40,116 nt of DNA, from positions 181,680 to 221,795 of the forward strand of contig NMRA01000602.1 of NCBI GenBank assembly GCA_002633005.1. Direction: 5' to 3'. Made by a program: the position numbers and the translations under genes. Source of the DNA: Phoronis australis (Eukaryota; Animalia; Phoronida). The notes under the pieces are model-generated. The model searched no databases. It was given only the letters and a program-made list of their open reading frames with translations, and had not been told where the DNA came from. Every line of letters begins with the position of its first letter. The stretch's first letter is position 1. Shown in pieces: positions 37,566 through 40,116 of this stretch.

Positions 37566-38050
37566 AAGAACCCCCAACTGGGAATCGAACTACAGGTTTT
37601 TACATTGTTGCACTAGTGCTCTTATCACTGACCTACTGAGGACCCGATATCTGTGCAATTACCGTTTGCAGCCAACTATTATGTCATACATAGCTTGAGC
37701 AGCGTTTCGCATTTTTCACACGAGATTTGGACAATAATTGTGAAATATATCAGATAAGCACAGGCAAACTAAGAACCCTAACTGAGAATCGAACCACATG
37801 TATCTAGATTTCCGGCCTAAATGAAAATCGATCTACATATCTCTAGACTGTCGGACTAGTGCTCTTATCACTGATTACGTAATGGTTAAAAACTCGTGTA
37901 AAAAGGCGAAACGCCTTTCTTGGGACGTATGACATAACAGTTGGTTGCAAACAGTAATATCGCAGCTATGGGGTACTTAGTAGTTCGGTGGTAAAAACAC
38001 TAGATCAGCAATCTAGTGACTTGTGGTACTGTTTCCTATTGTGGTTCCTA
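37566..38050. repeat. Cluster of three tRNA-derived (SINE-like/pseudo-tRNA) sequences, two forming inverted arms
   Basis: - strand copies at 37566-37645 and 37771-37875 carry A-box-like TCAGTGATAAGAGC and B-box GTTCGATTC. The + copy at ~37971-38048 has the stem CTAGA-TCAGCAA-TCTAG. 37566-37735 is a diverged reverse complement of 37881-38050. Confidence 0.6.
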
Positions 38051-38567
38051 ATTTTTCTGTTTTTATTTGATATATATATATATCTATTGGCCAACTTCAA
38101 CGTCTATATAATTACTAGGCATAATATACACGCAGCAATAACGGTATGGTATAGTTATAGTAACAGTTATATAGTACACAAGCAATTTTGGTTGATTAAA
38201 ATTTATCATCAATGATTTTTACATGAATTTTTTTCAACCAACTCTTCGAAATCTTCCCAAGATTTATACTATGAACAAAGATCGGGCTGTTATCTGAATA
38301 AGAATTGTTTATCATCACCCTGGCGTGAATTCATATCAATTAAAACTGTAGTGTAATAGAAACAATAAAGCCACTAAGGCCGCAATAGTTTTACCTAGGC
38401 TGCAGATTCGTGCGTGGTTGTTCGTCATCTCGATCTTCTCCTGCTAACGGTGATCCCTTGAAAGAACGCAGATAAGTAGAAAACTGAAAATTTATAAGGT
38501 TGTAACACTTGCATTATATAATTACTATTAACGCTAGTGGCTCCTGACACGACCACCGATAACTTAC

Positions 38568-38715
38568 ACAAACTGACAGCTGACAAATTTCGATGCCTGT
38601 AATTTCCTTTCGACTATGCATTTATCAACTGTCATTAATGACACCTTAAACAGGAAATCATTATAATCAGGTGACATGTTCCATGGAAAGCAGCCATCTG
38701 TGAGGGTTTCAGCCC
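38568..38715 (-). pseudogene. Partial/degenerate WSC-like exon (N-terminal half)
   Basis: tttctgtgtatAG acceptor (phase 1) and GTAAGT donor. Reads AETLTDGCF...LMTVDKCIVERK...KFVSCQ. The third Cys is absent and the second half was not found. Confidence 0.45.
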
Positions 38716-38959
38716 CTATACACAGAAATAAAAAATGCGTAATCCATAGAATGTTTGACAACTGGTGGACCTTATACTAAGCTAGCATTACAATATTTCA
38801 AACACATGAAATTGACAGCAAAATTTGTGGTTCTTTGCTTTAGCAAAACTTTTAATTATATGAAACTTTAAAAGATACCATATCAGCACTCATTGTCTCG
38901 TGTTCTCTCTCCCAGGTTAACTTAGGACCTCAGAATTTTCCGTTGCTTTTATGAACGGC

Positions 38960-39620
38960 TTTAGGAGTAGCACCAATTGCTTTCGGGAACGACGTATCCC
39001 TCTTCTCCCAGTTTCTCGAAAACTGTGAGTGATTTTGCATAAGCTTTACCAGGAAAAACGTCTCACACGGTTATCGCATGTGTGTTGGTGTCTATATACG
39101 TTTCACACGGTATTCCAAAACGCATCACATAGATTGCATCGGTAAGACTCGCAGTACTTCTTGATGTTGTGAATTTGCGAAATGTGGTCTTCGTACAAGT
39201 TGAGAAAAAGTAAGTCGTTAAACAAAGCAAGAGAGCAGTGACAGTCTTTCGATTCCACCAACTCGTATGCGTAGATACCAATGTAGAACACTTTTTGTAT
39301 TTCTGAAACATCACCAAGAAAAACGATTTGAAACTGGTTCGATGGGATACCCTTCTGACGAAGATATTGATTTTAAAGTTGTTTGGTCAACTCCTATAGA
39401 ACCTTTCGAGTCGATGAGCCCCCATATAGAAACACATTCGATTGCCGTGTCGTCCATGCCCACCAAAAACCATTGCGTACATGGAGTTCATTATCTGATG
39501 CCCTTAGCAGACCAGTTTGACCGATAGACGTCAGCAATAGCGGGATCGATGTTTGCGGGGATGTTATTTGGCTCCTCGGGATCGTCAGCCTTGACGTTGT
39601 TTACAAGCCATGAAGTAGAC
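38960..39620 (-). mobile_element. Decayed Polinton/Maverick-like fragment (region N-terminal to the DNA polymerase B core)
   Basis: Across frameshifts: DPAIADVYRSNWSA, FYIGIYAYEL, LNLYEDHISQIHNIKKYCESYRCNLCD...RHQHTC and VFPGKAYAKSLTVFEKLGEEGYVVP. This resembles recalled pPolB-associated sequences; no catalytic motifs are present. Confidence 0.55.
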
Positions 39621-40116
39621 GCGGCGCTAACGCCGAAGGTAGAGCCATATTCGGGACCATTATACTGCCTTTGGCTGCATTGGTGTCTCGCGACATTGTC
39701 CTATCGGCTAAAGACATACTAAAAAATCCACACTCTTGTCTTGTCCCGTGAACCCCTCCTCGTTGTTGTTCTAGTCTTGTGTGTATTTATTTATTATAGT
39801 GACATTAGGGTACCAGTAAATACAATATCAAAGACATATTATTCACCACACCCCCCAGCCTCAATGGGCTTACTCAGTCACCTTATAATAATTAAATCAT
39901 TACATAACCAATTGCACAAGCTCAAATATGACCACTTCAGACTAGTTTATAAACAAACAATTACTTCTAACCTGCAAAGCGTCTTGAATGAATTTCGCTA
40001 GACCTTTCAAGTTATTTTGGAATATTTGAGGTAGGGCAGAACGCCGTAAAAAATATGGTCGAATGTGAGTATATTTTTCACAATCAAAAATGAAATGAAC
40101 TTCATCTTCAATTCCT

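Noticed and set aside
37971-38048. Functional tRNA-Ala(AGC) gene
   Set aside because: The anticodon-like arm is present, but the T-arm/B box and acceptor stem are degenerate and the sequence is part of a repeat.

Overview
AT-rich, intron-containing eukaryotic DNA, most consistent with an invertebrate animal. There is no prokaryotic operon, rRNA or CRISPR array. Most entries in the ORF track are noise or pieces of exons and decayed elements. The main host content is a tail-to-tail pair of diverged paralogous genes, each encoding a probably secreted protein made of three WSC (carbohydrate-binding) domains. Gene A (+) has exons ~6206-6250, 10466-10756, 11643-11927 and 17505-17839. Gene B (-) has exons ~32043-32005, 30588-30247, 28860-28570, 27594-27238 and 26419-26397. 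Each domain sits on its own phase-1 exon behind a hydrophobic mini-exon. A further partial WSC-like exon lies at ~38.6 kb. The rest is decayed mobile DNA: a Hero-like RLE retrotransposon, two CR1/L2-group LINE fragments, an RNase H-bearing LINE 3' end, a THAP fold-back element whose ~220-bp inverted arms include the THAP start and promoter-like motifs, several TIR elements with internal tandem arrays, tRNA-derived inverted repeats and a Polinton-like fragment. All calls come from manual reading and remembered motifs; no searches were run.
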